NCBI GenBank assembly: GCA_051294905.1
Contig: CM119371.1
Span: 38,628,001-38,692,000, forward strand
Direction of reading: 5' to 3'
Source of the DNA: Botryllus schlosseri
Taxonomy: Eukaryota
Length of the DNA: 64,000 nucleotides
Positions 51,565 through 64,000 of this stretch are shown here, one piece after another. Numbering within the stretch: the first letter of the stretch is position 1; the number at the start of each line of letters is the position of its first letter. The notes beneath the pieces are model-generated. The model saw only the letters and a program-made list of their open reading frames with translations, made no database searches and was not told where the DNA came from. The translations under genes and the position numbers were made by a program.

Positions 51565-54500
51565 TCAAATGGTTATGTGATATTGTATCCACTCATAATA
51601 CGATTGGTCGTTCGTTACGTCGGCGTAAATTGCTGGAGATCCCGTACTGCAATCATCAGGTATTCCTATGGCAATTCCGAGAAGTTTGTGGGTGCTGGCA
51701 TATCCGTCGTAAAGTGGACCACCTTGATCACCCTGCATACCGTAAACAAAGTTCGAATATGAGAAATGTCGCCTACTCGCTTTGTGCAGGCTTCAAGCAC
51801 AACACCGGACTTACCATGCACACATTCACTTCTGCCATTTGACTTCCTGCACACAAGTTTGCTTCATCTGCCCCAATTCCACAGTCGTATGATTCCCTGA
51901 GCGGTACGCTCCCGTATCTCAGGGTAGCGGAGTACGCTGACTCTGAGCTAGTCGAATATCCCCAACCAGCGATAGTAGCGGTGTCTAGGTTAACCACGTT
52001 ATCTCCGATGGTCGCAGATTCAATAGGCCGCTCGTCATGCTCTATTGCGATCTGTAGAAGGGGTTGATTAAAGACTATGTTGCTGATATAGGCTACGTGA
52101 TATGGTAGAACTGGGAAGTAATCAAGTAGTAAAGCTTATAAGATAAGCCGAAATGTTAATATGGGCACGTTGCCTTCTAGGGACAATCCTGCTGTGAGGT
52201 CAAGAAGTAGCAGCATGCAGCAAAATGACTATGAACAATTGGCTACCCGAAGATACATTATCATTTATAAATTGCCCTAAATTTTCAAACACGATTCCTC
52301 CATCGAATCTAGCGGTGACTATGATCACATGGGCTGAGAAGGGATGCATATTTGAAATTAATATGTGAAACTACTAATATTATTGACGAAGTTCATTCGT
52401 TAGTCTGTAGGAAATTTCCGCTTCACCCTACCTTAACCAGTCCCAGCAACTATTCATAACATTACCACTCTCGACTTCGGTGCCTATAGAAAGCGGATTA
52501 TGAAAAAGCAAATTAATCAGGAGTTCCACGGAAATGGCCATGGACAGATTAACATGGGTATTTGGAATCCACTTAGTTCATTACGATTATGCCATGGAAT
52601 GTAGACGTATGGTACCTTAGTAATCGAAATGCGGTCGTCAATTGCAACAAAGGCTGTCCCCTGATCTAGCTCATATAACGAGAATATGAGATTTTAGTTA
52701 AAATAGCCCGATAAGTTTAACCGCAGTCAATTATTTGGAAACGAACGATGGCAATATTAGGAATCAGTGCACGTCAGACCCCCCTCCAAAAACACTCTTA
52801 CTTTGTCTACCTGAAACATGTGTTGATTACCTTTTTTTTTTTTAAATATCAGTGATTGAAATAACTCACCAAGGTACACTGGATTATGGTACTCACTTCT
52901 AGCGTCAATATTGCAAGATCTCTGTTCACTGCAGGAGGTCTCTCCACCATATATTCTGTTCCGCTAACTCCATCGCGAGCTACGGAACCTGCAAACACCT
53001 TCCACTGCGATCTTTCGATTGAGTTACTGAAAATTTGAAAGGCAAAGTTGGAAACATTTCAATATGGTAATGAAGTCATGGACTTATTGTGACTATGCGA
53101 TCTACTAAAAGGTTAAAATAATGTCACTGTCAAGAACCGAAAGAATGCGCTTCTCACCAGTCTGCTGAGTCGATTCACTTTGACGCCACCGACTTCAAAC
53201 ATTTTCAAAGCACCAAAATCTTCCGGACATGGAATTCAGAGACTTTAATTGCAACTAGTTCTAATGCCAGTAGATTGTTCATTGAACTCTGGCTTCTTTT
53301 TTCCGTAAATTTTCAAATATCACTACCGAAGGAATTGAACTAATTTTCTAATTTAAAATAGATGGTTGTCCAAATCAAAATGTAAGCTTTTGAAGGTGCC
53401 ACTCACAAAAAACGTGGTAACTTCTGTATTTGCATGGACACTTTTTATTCTAATGAGAACATTTCTTTCGACCTATATTGTGGTTAAAGACGGGGACGGA
53501 GTCGGAGCATTACAAACTCCGACCGGGTCCAGCCAGTAGGCTATGTCAGTGGTTCTCAACCGCCTGTCCGCCGGGTATTTAAAAATATACTTTAATTTCA
53601 AGTTGAAAAAATATTGATGGCTTTTCAATGAAACATTAAATTCAAATATATTCAGAACTTCATGATGTAACATTAGGCCCGAATGCATGTTGGATTTAAC
53701 TCAGACCTGGGCAAAGTGTGACCCACGGGCTAACTTCGGCCCGCAACGTGATTCTGGCTGGTCTGCTAAAAGCAGCCTGTAATTTAGAACATAAAACCTA
53801 TTTTCGAATCGTATTATGTGAACTAAAACCAAAGACTGCATAAACTGAACGGGAAATACGTTTTCTTTGAAGTCTGTTCGTTCATCGGTACAGTGATTAC
53901 GCAGTCCACGTAAAGGTCGTATAATCTATATTCAAAATACAGGAAATATATCGAAGTATACCGAGACAATTAAAGTTAAAACCAACGGTTTCCAGATAGT
54001 TTTTGTTGCCATTTTTGCATTTCGAATCACCGGTCTGTAATTTAAATTGTTATGTCATGCGTTTCCAGTCCATAATCCGTGAAACATGTCAATCAGTGAA
54101 CGTGAGCAGCGGAAACCCAGCAACAATGAAAAGGCGTGGTAAAAATACAAATGGACGCGGGACCCTGACCAGCTTTATATTATCCCAAGTACTTTTTGAT
54201 GAATCCGTATCAAAAGGGTATGGAAAAATGTTATTTAAGTAAGTGAAACGTGTTTCGTGCTTGGCATTGCTTGGAATATTGTCACTGAATGGATCATTAT
54301 ATTTTTAAAAAATCAACCCTCACTTTCTCGTAGCCAAAATTTAACACATCCACTATAGCTAACAATGTAATTCTTTGGTCCCTATTCAGAAATAAAATCG
54401 TTTACGGAATATAGTTCAATCTTTCGGCCTGACCCGCCAACTTATTTTGGTTCACATTTTGCATGCCTAGAAAACTAATTGCCCGCCTCAATTTAACTTG

Positions 54501-55804
54501 AAGTTCAAGCCATTTCAGGTGACGACCTGCGGGCGACAAGTGCGAGCTGACTCGCTTAACCGAGGAGTTTGCACACGATCATTCGTTGTCGAATGATTCA
54601 TTTTGTTGTTGATAAACCCGTATCGCTGTTTCCGGGTGTTTTCGTGTAGCGTATTGCATACATAGTTCGACTGATGGTAGTGGAAAATGTGCAAGGTAGC
54701 ACGTCAAGGTGCCTGGTCCCACTTCGAAACGCTTCTTCGTAAAATTTTGTGGAAGAGACGAATATTATTCGAGTTGGCGCAGTGCCGTAGTCTATTAATC
54801 GACGGGAGCGAAAGATTGTAATATTTAATTACGAACAAAACTCTAACAACGTCACTCTATTGACATGCAAAAAATGGTTTTATACGTGACATTTTGGTTT
54901 GATTTCAATTTTCGATGGTCCATCGGTCCAACAATTTTCTTTAATTTACCGATCCGCTAGGTGAAAAAGGTTGAGAACCACTTGACCTATACTGAAGAGA
55001 GTGGTACCGTATTTTGGTGAATTCAACTCCACATAGGCTACAGCCCTGCTTCGACATCCGGCATCTCACGCCCCGTCTCCAACTCCAAGTTCAACAGTTA
55101 TAAATTTGTCAGCTTTATCTACTCAGATTTGAATATAGGAATTAAATATTTATCATAATAAATTTCAAATTAGGATGGATTAATACAAAAATCAAATTGG
55201 AATTCATTTTCATGAGCAGAAGAATGGCAATATATGTAACCTACAGTACACATTGAAGGCCTACAACAAACCTGGTTCATTTCACATTATACAGTTCTTC
55301 CGTAGCAATTTTAGGAAGACCACAAATAGGGATCTTATCAGTCTAATTGACTGCACGTGTTATTATGAATATTCATAATGCTAAAATTTATAGCCAAGTT
55401 ACATAGTCATTCATCCTTCCCCCCTTTCCACAACTCTGAAAATTGAGTAAGACAAGCAGAAAACCATTCCACTGTTGTAAAGACGCAAGCTAAGTTTCCA
55501 AGCATAAATATGAAGAAAAAGTGTAATTACTACGAATCGACGCAGGATTTGGACGTAATCGCTTTTGCGTAGGCGAATTTGCTTGTTGTTCGAATCATGA
55601 CGCATCCGCATTTGAAGTTATTTCTGTAAGACACATAAGCCATCGATGGAAATTGCCCTTTGCTAGCATACGCTCCGTTATAGATTCTGGTGTTCGCACC
55701 CTCGGCAACTGCAACGATCAAGAGACGTGATGAAATTTAGTTAACAATTTCGCTGAATTCTTACCTGAGAGGGCTGCAAAGACTAAGACGATTATCGCGA
55801 ACAT
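51565..55804 (-). CDS. Secreted trypsin/chymotrypsin-family (S1A) serine protease homolog, 250 aa, catalytically inactive; exons 55804-55765, 55708-55531, 53026-52897, 52051-51815, 51732-51565
   Basis: All introns are GT-AG and phase-compatible, giving a 753-nt open frame. Signal peptide MFAIIVLVFAALS; activation site TR|IYNG; GQFPSMA, CGC, DLAILTL, AGWG, LCAG, GDQGGP, PAIYADV. Catalytic His motif is ITSKSC and catalytic Ser is replaced by Gln. Confidence 0.9.
53547..54983. mobile_element. hAT-type element in intron 2 of the protease homolog, with a nested repeat
   Basis: cagtggttctcaacc ... ggttgagaaccactt; no clean TSD. Confidence 0.6.
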
Positions 55805-55883
55805 ATCTTCGAAGGTTTCGGATAGGTTTGTAGAATGGTATATGATGAGCGCTTCGAGAATGCTCACTTATAAGAAGTTTTTA

Positions 55884-56130
55884 TCATGCACTAGATAAGT
55901 TATCTTTAAATGCTCTTTTCCAAGAATTTGTTATCGTTCTATAGATACTCTATCATCAACCATAACCGCATATCCGAACACGATCAAACACGCGAGCTAA
56001 CGCAATCATGCACTAGATAAGTTATCTTGAAATGATCTTTTCCAAGAATTTGTTATCGTTCTATAGATACTCTATCATCAACCACAACCGCATATCCGAA
56101 CACGATCAAACACGCGAGTAACGCAATCAT
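55884..56130. promoter_or_regulatory. ~122-bp tandem duplication rich in GATA motifs just upstream of the protease homolog; TATA-like cttataag at about 55867
   Basis: Two near-identical units atcatgcactagataagttatctt...taacgcaatcat containing AGATAA/TTATCT/CTATCA sites. Confidence 0.55.
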
Positions 56131-56206
56131 CGAATAGGTACATTTTGTGAACTATCTCGCAAAGTAGGTCATATGTCATGCGGCATCTCGGTGTGGCATA
56201 TGCATT

Positions 56207-59200
56207 TTTCCAACCGTCACATGTCGCTTCATTTTAAAAGCTTGCGGCTTACAGATTATTTGATTATTTGCTGCTACTAATCACTGAGAGTGCGTGCCTC
56301 ATATTACCATATTCTAGTGAGGGTTTGATTTATTCTTTTGTTTTGAGGTATTCAAGGTGCTTTTCTACTACTATGGTCATTTCACCAGGCCGATATTCTT
56401 CATTTTTATTCCGTAACTGCTGACTTATAGCACGGCACACTTCTGGGCTTTTTGTAAGATTCCGCCTACGCGGATGAGGTGGCGAGGAGGATCCTATATA
56501 AACCTCCAACACTCACGTATAGGAATCTTGAAGTCGACCGCAACCCATGGTGTTGCGTCCGCGGATTATTCCACTGCGCTATCTCGCCACAAGGTGGCTC
56601 GCTCTCTCGCCTTCCAACCATCTCATTTTATCGCAATCTTATGGTGTTCTTAGTCGGATGAATTATAATTATATACTTGAAACCATATGCTCAGATCTCT
56701 AAATTTGCATTGGTATGTAGGATCGATCACGTGACAAATGAGCCGACTCACAACTGTCCAATATCACCAATTACCTATCGCTTGTAGATGGACTACGAAA
56801 CGATTATGCAGGCGCGTAGCCAGTGGGCCTCCTGCTGAATTGGCATCACACGCTACCATATCATTGCTGGCGAGTCCAACAGCAGCCTATTAGCAGGTTC
56901 GCAATATCCCGTCAATATGCACCATATTGTCCAACACGTGCACGGACAGATTTCAATCACTTCGTCTCGGGAACAAAAAGTAATAAGTATAATAGGCGAT
57001 GGCTAATAGTGGCGACTGCGAAGATAATATAGTTGGTTCAGCAAGGAAGTGGATTATCACGTTCGTTAGGATTTATTAGCGCAAGCTGTCTACTAAGCAG
57101 AATAGCTTCTAACTGAAAACTTACACAATAAAACTAACTCTTGCCTCATCTGTGCAATACAACGCCCTTATTAGTGGTGGATGGAATATGATACAATCCA
57201 GTGCTTTTCAACCTGGCGGATGGTAGGCACGTGTGCCATGAAAAAACAAAGTGCGTATGACAAACGGAGTGCGGATAAAAATCGTTCATATTTATTACTT
57301 TTTCCAACGCGCAATAATTCAAATAAATTTAATGGAAAATGGAGGCGTATCCCTAACTTATTTCGTTGTGCGGCATTTGTAAAATCTTGTTTGACTTACA
57401 ACGCCCCACTGATCGTCACTTTGTCTCGCACCAGCCGTAGTGAATTAATATTTCCGCACTAGATTATTGCATTTCATTAATAAATGTCGTCATCAATTTA
57501 AGTAGTTGCACATATAACCATGAAATATTATTTCGACTTTCTCAGTTTATGCCCTATCGGATCAGATTTTCCGGTAGATTGGACGGAGGGGGTTTCTCCG
57601 AAAGTTAAGCTATAGATGATGATGATGATGCATCTTCCGGTGGGCCAATCATATTGTTGCATGCTATCATTTCTTGACCTCCTGTCAGTTATTGTGGGTA
57701 TAGTAGGTGGATATTAGAAGCAAATTACAGCTAGGTATTTCTTAATAGGCTGCATCATCTTTCTCTGTTGCTCGCGCCTGTAATGTGCGGCTCAGAATGC
57801 AACGGGTAATACCACATCAAAATCGATAGTGCGATCGACACCGTGTCTCAGATTTCTTCAGTGGTTTCCCTAAAATTTGAACTTGCAACCATAACAGATG
57901 ACGAATCTATTTAGTTGCATGAGATATAACATGAGAAATTTGTTCTATCATTGTGAACAAAAGCTGTCTGGCTTGCTACGTCACTAAATCGTCAGGTTGC
58001 ATAAAAAAGATGTACACTGAATTCCACCCGATTCCAACCATTACATCCCGATCTCTGCCAAATTGATATTTTGCCAATTTTTGAATAATAGCATTTGCGG
58101 TAGCAAATTACGTCATTCTGACATGATGAAAAGTCGTATTCCAGGTATGACTAAAAAGACGGGAATGTCTTTTCCGCTCGTTTCCATCTTGACACGGTCC
58201 TATGGTGGAGTTTGAATGAAGACATCATCGGCTAACGAAAAAAAGATTTGACAAGGATTAGCTTATGGAAATTAGTCCACTTATTTTGAATGGCCACTAT
58301 AAAAGGATGGCGAGATAATTTTCAAATAAAGTACTTTTCACAGTTGTGCACCAATTCTTCTTCACGTGCTTGAATTGATTTTACCATGCAATAAAATGGT
58401 TTGCATGAGCAAGTCGGCGTTTTCTCACTACTTAGTCTAATTCTGCAATCGGTGGATATCTGCATCTGCAGGGCTGTCTTCTGTCACTTTGTGACGGTAA
58501 GGTAATAATTTGACCTGTTCTACGAATACATTCAGCTTATCTAAGGTGAAGCGTATCGCAGTGAGACGCGAAATTGCGCATAATCGCCAACTTCTGTTTT
58601 TTGAGCATCGGCCTGTTAGCTTTTGCAAGCGAAATGTAGGGGAGACCGGGGACAAATGTAACTAGGGGCAAATGTAACAATCGACCTCACCGCTAGAAGG
58701 ATGGAGAAATCAGCTTGATATTTTAAGTGCGCATGCAGTAGTTATCCCTCCTATTCTACCTGGAGTTACGTTGAGCTACGATTCGAAACCCCGGAATAAT
58801 TTGCAAAAAACGAAATTTTTGACCCTTGAGTAAAGTTTTTCTGGTCTGGAATAATTTGTCTAGACGAATAGTACCTCAAGTAGTTACAACGTAATATGTG
58901 TAGCTGGAACAATGTTACTATAGTCTACCGTGGTGATAGAAAGAACAGGACTTGCATCGCCGGGAAGGTACCATACTGAGACACTAATCATGGTAGAGCG
59001 TGTCAGGGGCAATCGTAACACTCTGTTACTTTTGCCCCGTTACAATATGTTATCAATTCTGAATGTCTTTGTTCATATGTTGGTATTACCATTCATCTAC
59101 TGCAGAATAATCTTGCAACAGCAAGAAGTTCACCAGAACAGATACTGCCTTGCGATACCAATTCTAACATGATCATCTGTCGCAACGGCCATACAATAGT

Positions 59201-60750
59201 GGTGATGTGAATCTGAGGGTTCGGTTATTTTCGTGATTCAACCACCCTTTCTCATCTTGATCGACCTTTAGTGTGTCGAACTTCAATAGTCATGGCTTAA
59301 TTCTCGTCCTCTGACATTGATCATGGCCCACTTACATTTTGATATTTGATATGAACAATTTATGTTAATTTTCTACAGCACAGATAAATGTCATTATAGC
59401 TTTGACGCCACACAATGTTGCGTCCTCGTTTTACTATACTATCATCGGCCCATTCAACCAAGATATGTTAGCCAGGTCGGTTTCGCACCTTCGCAGGTGG
59501 CCGAATGACCAACCCATTATGCCCGCTGAACAACAGAACCTTGGTAGAAGAGGCCGAATATGTGTAGGGAGATGATGGAATGAATGTGTCTCTTGTACAC
59601 TTTAAGCTTGAACAAGACACGAAGGGTGATATTGCATTCAGATGCCATAAATGCGATGGGGCGTAGCCTGGAAGCGTTCAAACGTCTCCTCCTTTAGTTT
59701 CATGCAATATTACAATTTGTGCTTCCGTTTTCGTTGTTCATTTAGTTTGTGTTTAGTTATAAATAACACTGTTACAATTGCCCCGCGAGGGTGGTACAAT
59801 TGCCCCTGGGTACGGGGCGATTGTAACATTTGAGCAGCGATTTTTGCGACCCAAAATCTCCATGATTGATTGTTGATTGAGTTCCAATTTAGTTTTCATA
59901 TCAACTATCGAGTTGTTGGCTTCTTTATATAAAACTTTGGAAGTGAAATTTCCACGAGAAATACACGTAATGTGGGAAAATACGAAAAGTGTTACAATTG
60001 TCCCCGGTCTCCCCTACCAGATAAGGTCGTGAATATCGTAGGCCCCGGTCCATATCTATTTTCATAGTCGGTCGTCGGTCCTATGTAGATTTCACGAAAT
60101 CTAAACGAGGTCTGCGACTGTATTTTTCAGAATACATTGTAATATTATGATATCATGTTATCTCCTTTTCAGCACTCCCATGATCCTCTCGCAAGTGAAT
60201 TGTAACTTATTGAAAATATACATGTGCTCAGGTAAATGGCATTCAAAAGTAAATTTGGTTAAGCCTTATATGCTTGTCTTGTGGTCGCCTAAACGTTACA
60301 TAGCCTATTTAACTTTCCACATCATTGATACTGTTGTGACGTCATAATGAATGATACTTGAATGCTAGATTCGAAGCCTGATACTCGATATAAAATCGCA
60401 TACTATCTCCGACGTAGACCCCTAATTACCTTGAAGGCTCCGTGTTTTCCCCAATATGAAAAAAATACATTGGACTTATAAATGTGCAATTGCACTGGGC
60501 AACAATTTTGAGCAAATAAATTGTTAACTTTTGAAATCGAAGATGATTCAGAAAGTAGAGTAGTCCATCAATCAACGTTAAATGATCTGACAGAAAGAAA
60601 TATTCGAAAATTATCGCTTTCTCGCGAATTGAGAAAAGATTATACTTGGCAAAAGAGCTAAGATATCTCACTTTCGATCACGAGAAACGGCGTTTTCATC
60701 GTAGGGCTACTTTCGGTAGATTTGTTTATTGCCGTGATACTGGCATTACT
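56207..60750 (-). repeat. Right arm of the older inverted duplication (partner 40534-44325)
   Basis: Reverse-complement similarity, interrupted by the 58639-60014 insertion. Confidence 0.93.
58639..60014. mobile_element. TA-TSD (Tc1/mariner/pogo-type) non-autonomous DNA transposon
   Basis: TIR GGGGAGACCGGGGACAA; TA duplicated at 58637-58638 and 60015-60016; the mirror arm (about 41710) shows the empty site aatgTAccag. Confidence 0.93.
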
Positions 60751-61989
60751 ACTAGCATTAGTAGTATATAGTTTGGGCGGAATGTGCCCATTCGCGATTT
60801 ATAAAAAACAAACAAACATTATCAATATAATAAACAGTGTAAGAATTAGCTCATTCTCATTTTTGCAGCAATACTTTTATGACCTTGTGTGCGGCAATCA
60901 GAAAAGGGGGAATAATTAACGATAGAGAGAAAACGAACAAAGAATCTGGACTGACCTTCGTACTCAGACATGAAACTGGAGTACTTCTACTTGTACTTTT
61001 CCACTCGCCTCCTGATTCTACCTGCCTTTATCCTAGGGTTTGCGAATATGTTGAACGTAATCAGCTTCCAAAATATCGATTGACCTTTCATACTTTGGCC
61101 AGACGTGAAACTTATTGATTAGTAATTCTACTTGTACTTTTCCACTCATGATTTAATCTGCATCGCTTGACCTCTGGACAAGGACACGAAACTACAGCTG
61201 ACTTCGGTCGTACGCGACTGGGCTTGGTAATAGTCGCCTGCCGACAAATCGCCCTGACCTATCGTTTTATGGTCCAATTTCGTGACGGGGCTTTGGGAAT
61301 AATTGCCTGTCAAACCACTCTGGTTGACTTGTCGTTTCGCGATTGACTCGATTTCGTGTCCGGTGGGGGGCATAGGAATAATTACCGGTCGTGACGTCAA
61401 TAAAGGTGCGTGTTTTAGGTGTCTATACGTTCGGCTGTGCATAGTGACGCTTTTTAGTCTGTTCCATACTGTCGTACTTGCTCTTGCTTTGTTGTCGACT
61501 TAAATAGTAAGGAGAAATGATCTGTTCTGGTTATAAGTATGTGTGTCATTTTGAGTCATATCGAGAACCAGAAAGAATGTCGTGTATTAGAAATAGGTAT
61601 TAGGAGCCCCCGACATAGATTAACTTAAATAAAGTAACATTTAGAATATAATAAGTAATTAAAGAAATAGCTCATTCTCAATTTGACTCGCATCAACGTG
61701 TTAATTTCCGGTATTGTAGTAATTGGTGCAAGCAACAACTACTGTTCCACACCTTTACCGCTTTCTAGCGTCTTAGGACAGACAGTCCCAACCAAACAAT
61801 GTATTTATGATGGGTTCTGTTACTGCTTCACGTCTGGTCAAGCGTAATCATGCCGGTGTCTGTAAATGATATACAATTTACCACGGGATATTAATTTTGT
61901 ATGCTGTACATGATATACAACTTGAATCGATCTGTTGGCGAACTAATGCTTTGCCCGTCTGTAACATACACATATCGATCACGAGCTCA

Positions 61990-62235
61990 CCACGCACTTG
62001 CCGTTCGAGGGCGACTCATTTCGCTGCAGACAATCAGTTGTGTTCGCGTGTATCGTAACATATCCTCAACACTTGTTATGCCAACACCTCCACGTATATT
62101 TACAATATCATACTAAGGAACTATTGCTTCGGCAGCCACGCACTGTCGCTCGAAGTCGATAAATTTCGCTACAGACAGTCAGTTGTGTTCACGTATGTGT
62201 CGTCAATATATCCTCAACACATGTTATGCCATATT
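61990..62235. repeat. Diverged ~145-bp tandem duplication
   Basis: cacgcact...tttcgct.cagaca.tcagttgtgttc...atatcctcaacac.tgttatgcca occurs twice. Confidence 0.75.
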
Positions 62236-63194
62236 TGCAGCATCATACCACGGATAGATTAATTTGGGCGGAGTGTTACCGTCAGAGAATTGCTTTGTCA
62301 CACCTTCGAGCCTCGCATTTTCCGTTCGAACTCGGTAACTGTGAGTACGATGTCAGATTCAGTTGTATAGTGACGAATCGGGATAGCTCGCTTCATCGGG
62401 GTGGACTTACCTTATTTTGCTGAAACGCGCTCGGTGGTGCAATAATGGGGGATGAATTGTGTCAGATCATACTCGGGTTGCCAATTCAAAGTCCAAAAAA
62501 TCCGGCTAGCACGTAAAGTCCTGTTATTTTCACATGTTGTGAGGGCAAAATACAGATAAATCCGACTCTCAAGGCCATTTGGCCGCATCCAGTCTGGCTT
62601 CGCTGAAAACTGATGAAATCTGCGCCGGGTCCGGAGATGTTTCGTGACCTCCTCCGTCCAGACAAGATTGTTATGCTGTAATATAGGTGTCGTTGTATAA
62701 TAATTTACGTACAAGGAGACTTGGTATCGCCCCTTTGGCGGAATTCTGTTTGATTCGTCTGTACAGGTGTTATTAGTGCGACCAGATTTGGCACCTCAAG
62801 GAGGATATTGGTAAAAACCGTATCACACAACGAGGACAATAACTTTACCGGTCAACAATGTACGTAAATCAGCTGTGTTCAATCGAGCGTGACACAATCG
62901 ATGTCAGCCATCAATCTGCGTCTTGATAAAACTCGCGTTTTCGGGTTGACAGCAACACAATGCGATCCATTTGATATCACCATCGACCCTCCTATTTTAA
63001 TATAGGGTTACCATGAGGCCTCCTTTAGGGGAGCATATGTCCTCCATTTCCCAGATATGTCACCCAATTCACCTAAATGTACTCTCTTTCTGTCAGTTTG
63101 TCCTCCTTGTTAGCTCAACATCTCCAAATCTTTGTTTGTTTATTATAAATTGCGAATGGGCGTCGATCGCACATTACTCATACTACTGCTAATT

Positions 63195-64000
63195 CATAGG
63201 ATTACCATACGTCCTTTTTGAAATGTCCTCCGAGGAAGCCTAAACGACATCCTTCTTATCAAGTCGTCCTCCGTTACAGCTTTTACTGTTAAGATAGTGG
63301 ATAGATTCGAGTGAAAAGGGGCGTAAATGACGCTAAATAGGAAATTCGTGGTTCGATCGGAAATTACGACCTTTTTTCCGTCAACACCACCAATTTAAAA
63401 AAAAAGTGTATAAATTTGGATTCGGACGAAAGTGAAGACCTATGTTTGGTCAATCTACCAAATCTTTCACCAGAATTACCGAAATCAGCTGATTTCAGTT
63501 TTTATCAACCGACTTTTCCGATCTGGTAAAAGTGTCCCCCATTTCCAGATCTTAAAATATGGTAGCCCTACCATATCATATCATCAAAACAGCAACATGT
63601 GGATCAAGAGTTCCGAGTTCCCGACCCCTGACATATAGTGTCAAACGTATAAGCAGATTGTCGATTCTCACAGCCAAGATAACGATACATTTATCTTTCG
63701 TAAATTTGTTTTTTCGTTCTGGACAGGAGCTAGAATCGCAGATATCGCGCCGAGTGCATATTCTTGTTGACCTCATTTGTAAGATGTTTGTAAATTTATC
63801 ATCAGCAATGGCATGACAGCATATAGGTTATTTGCATCACTTGCGCGATTGGGTATGCTTTCAGACGACACTTCAATAATCGCATCACAGGGTTTTATGC
63901 AAACCTATACTCAATTTGGTTCTGTGGATTTCGTAAAGTAAAAAGACCGGTAGGTGGGCAATCTTCATTTCTTTTATGATTCAAATTGTCATAATAAATG
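63195..64000 (+). repeat. Direct copy of 11515-12570 (MITE 63197-63570 plus flank), lacking the SINE
   Basis: Long colinear identity, e.g. cacagggttttatgcaaacctatactcaatttggttctgtgg in both. Confidence 0.9.

Noticed and set aside
52431..52666. Extra exons in intron 3 of the protease homolog
   Set aside because: AG/GT-bounded stretches exist but are phase-incompatible or contain stops; the five-exon model is complete without them.

Overview
AT-rich, intron-containing eukaryotic DNA from an invertebrate animal (ascidian/tunicate-like is my guess, not provable here), dominated by transposons and rearrangements. All calls come from reading and hand-translating the sequence; no searches were run. 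Main contents: (1) An intact, young Ty3/Gypsy LTR retrotransposon (18449-22553) with 210-bp LTRs differing at 1 base, a 5-bp TSD and a 1201-aa Gag-Pol. Its primer-binding site is complementary to its own LTR rather than to a tRNA, consistent with Tf1-like self-priming. (2) A two-exon Bcl-2/Mcl-1-like gene starting about 105 bp downstream of the 3' LTR, with a frameshift near its start, plus two decayed paralogous relics. (3) Two sets of NLR/RI-type leucine-rich-repeat exons on the minus strand, each facing a Bcl-2 copy tail-to-tail. (4) A near-identical inverted duplication spanning at least 37 kb, whose right arm is stitched together from three separate left-side segments at microhomologies. 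(5) An older inverted duplication (40.5-44.3 kb vs 56.2-60.75 kb) bracketing a five-exon, catalytically inactive trypsin-family protease homolog. (6) Many hAT-type and TA-TSD MITEs, tRNA-derived SINEs, Penelope-like fragments with a hammerhead motif, and a hAT transposase relic.
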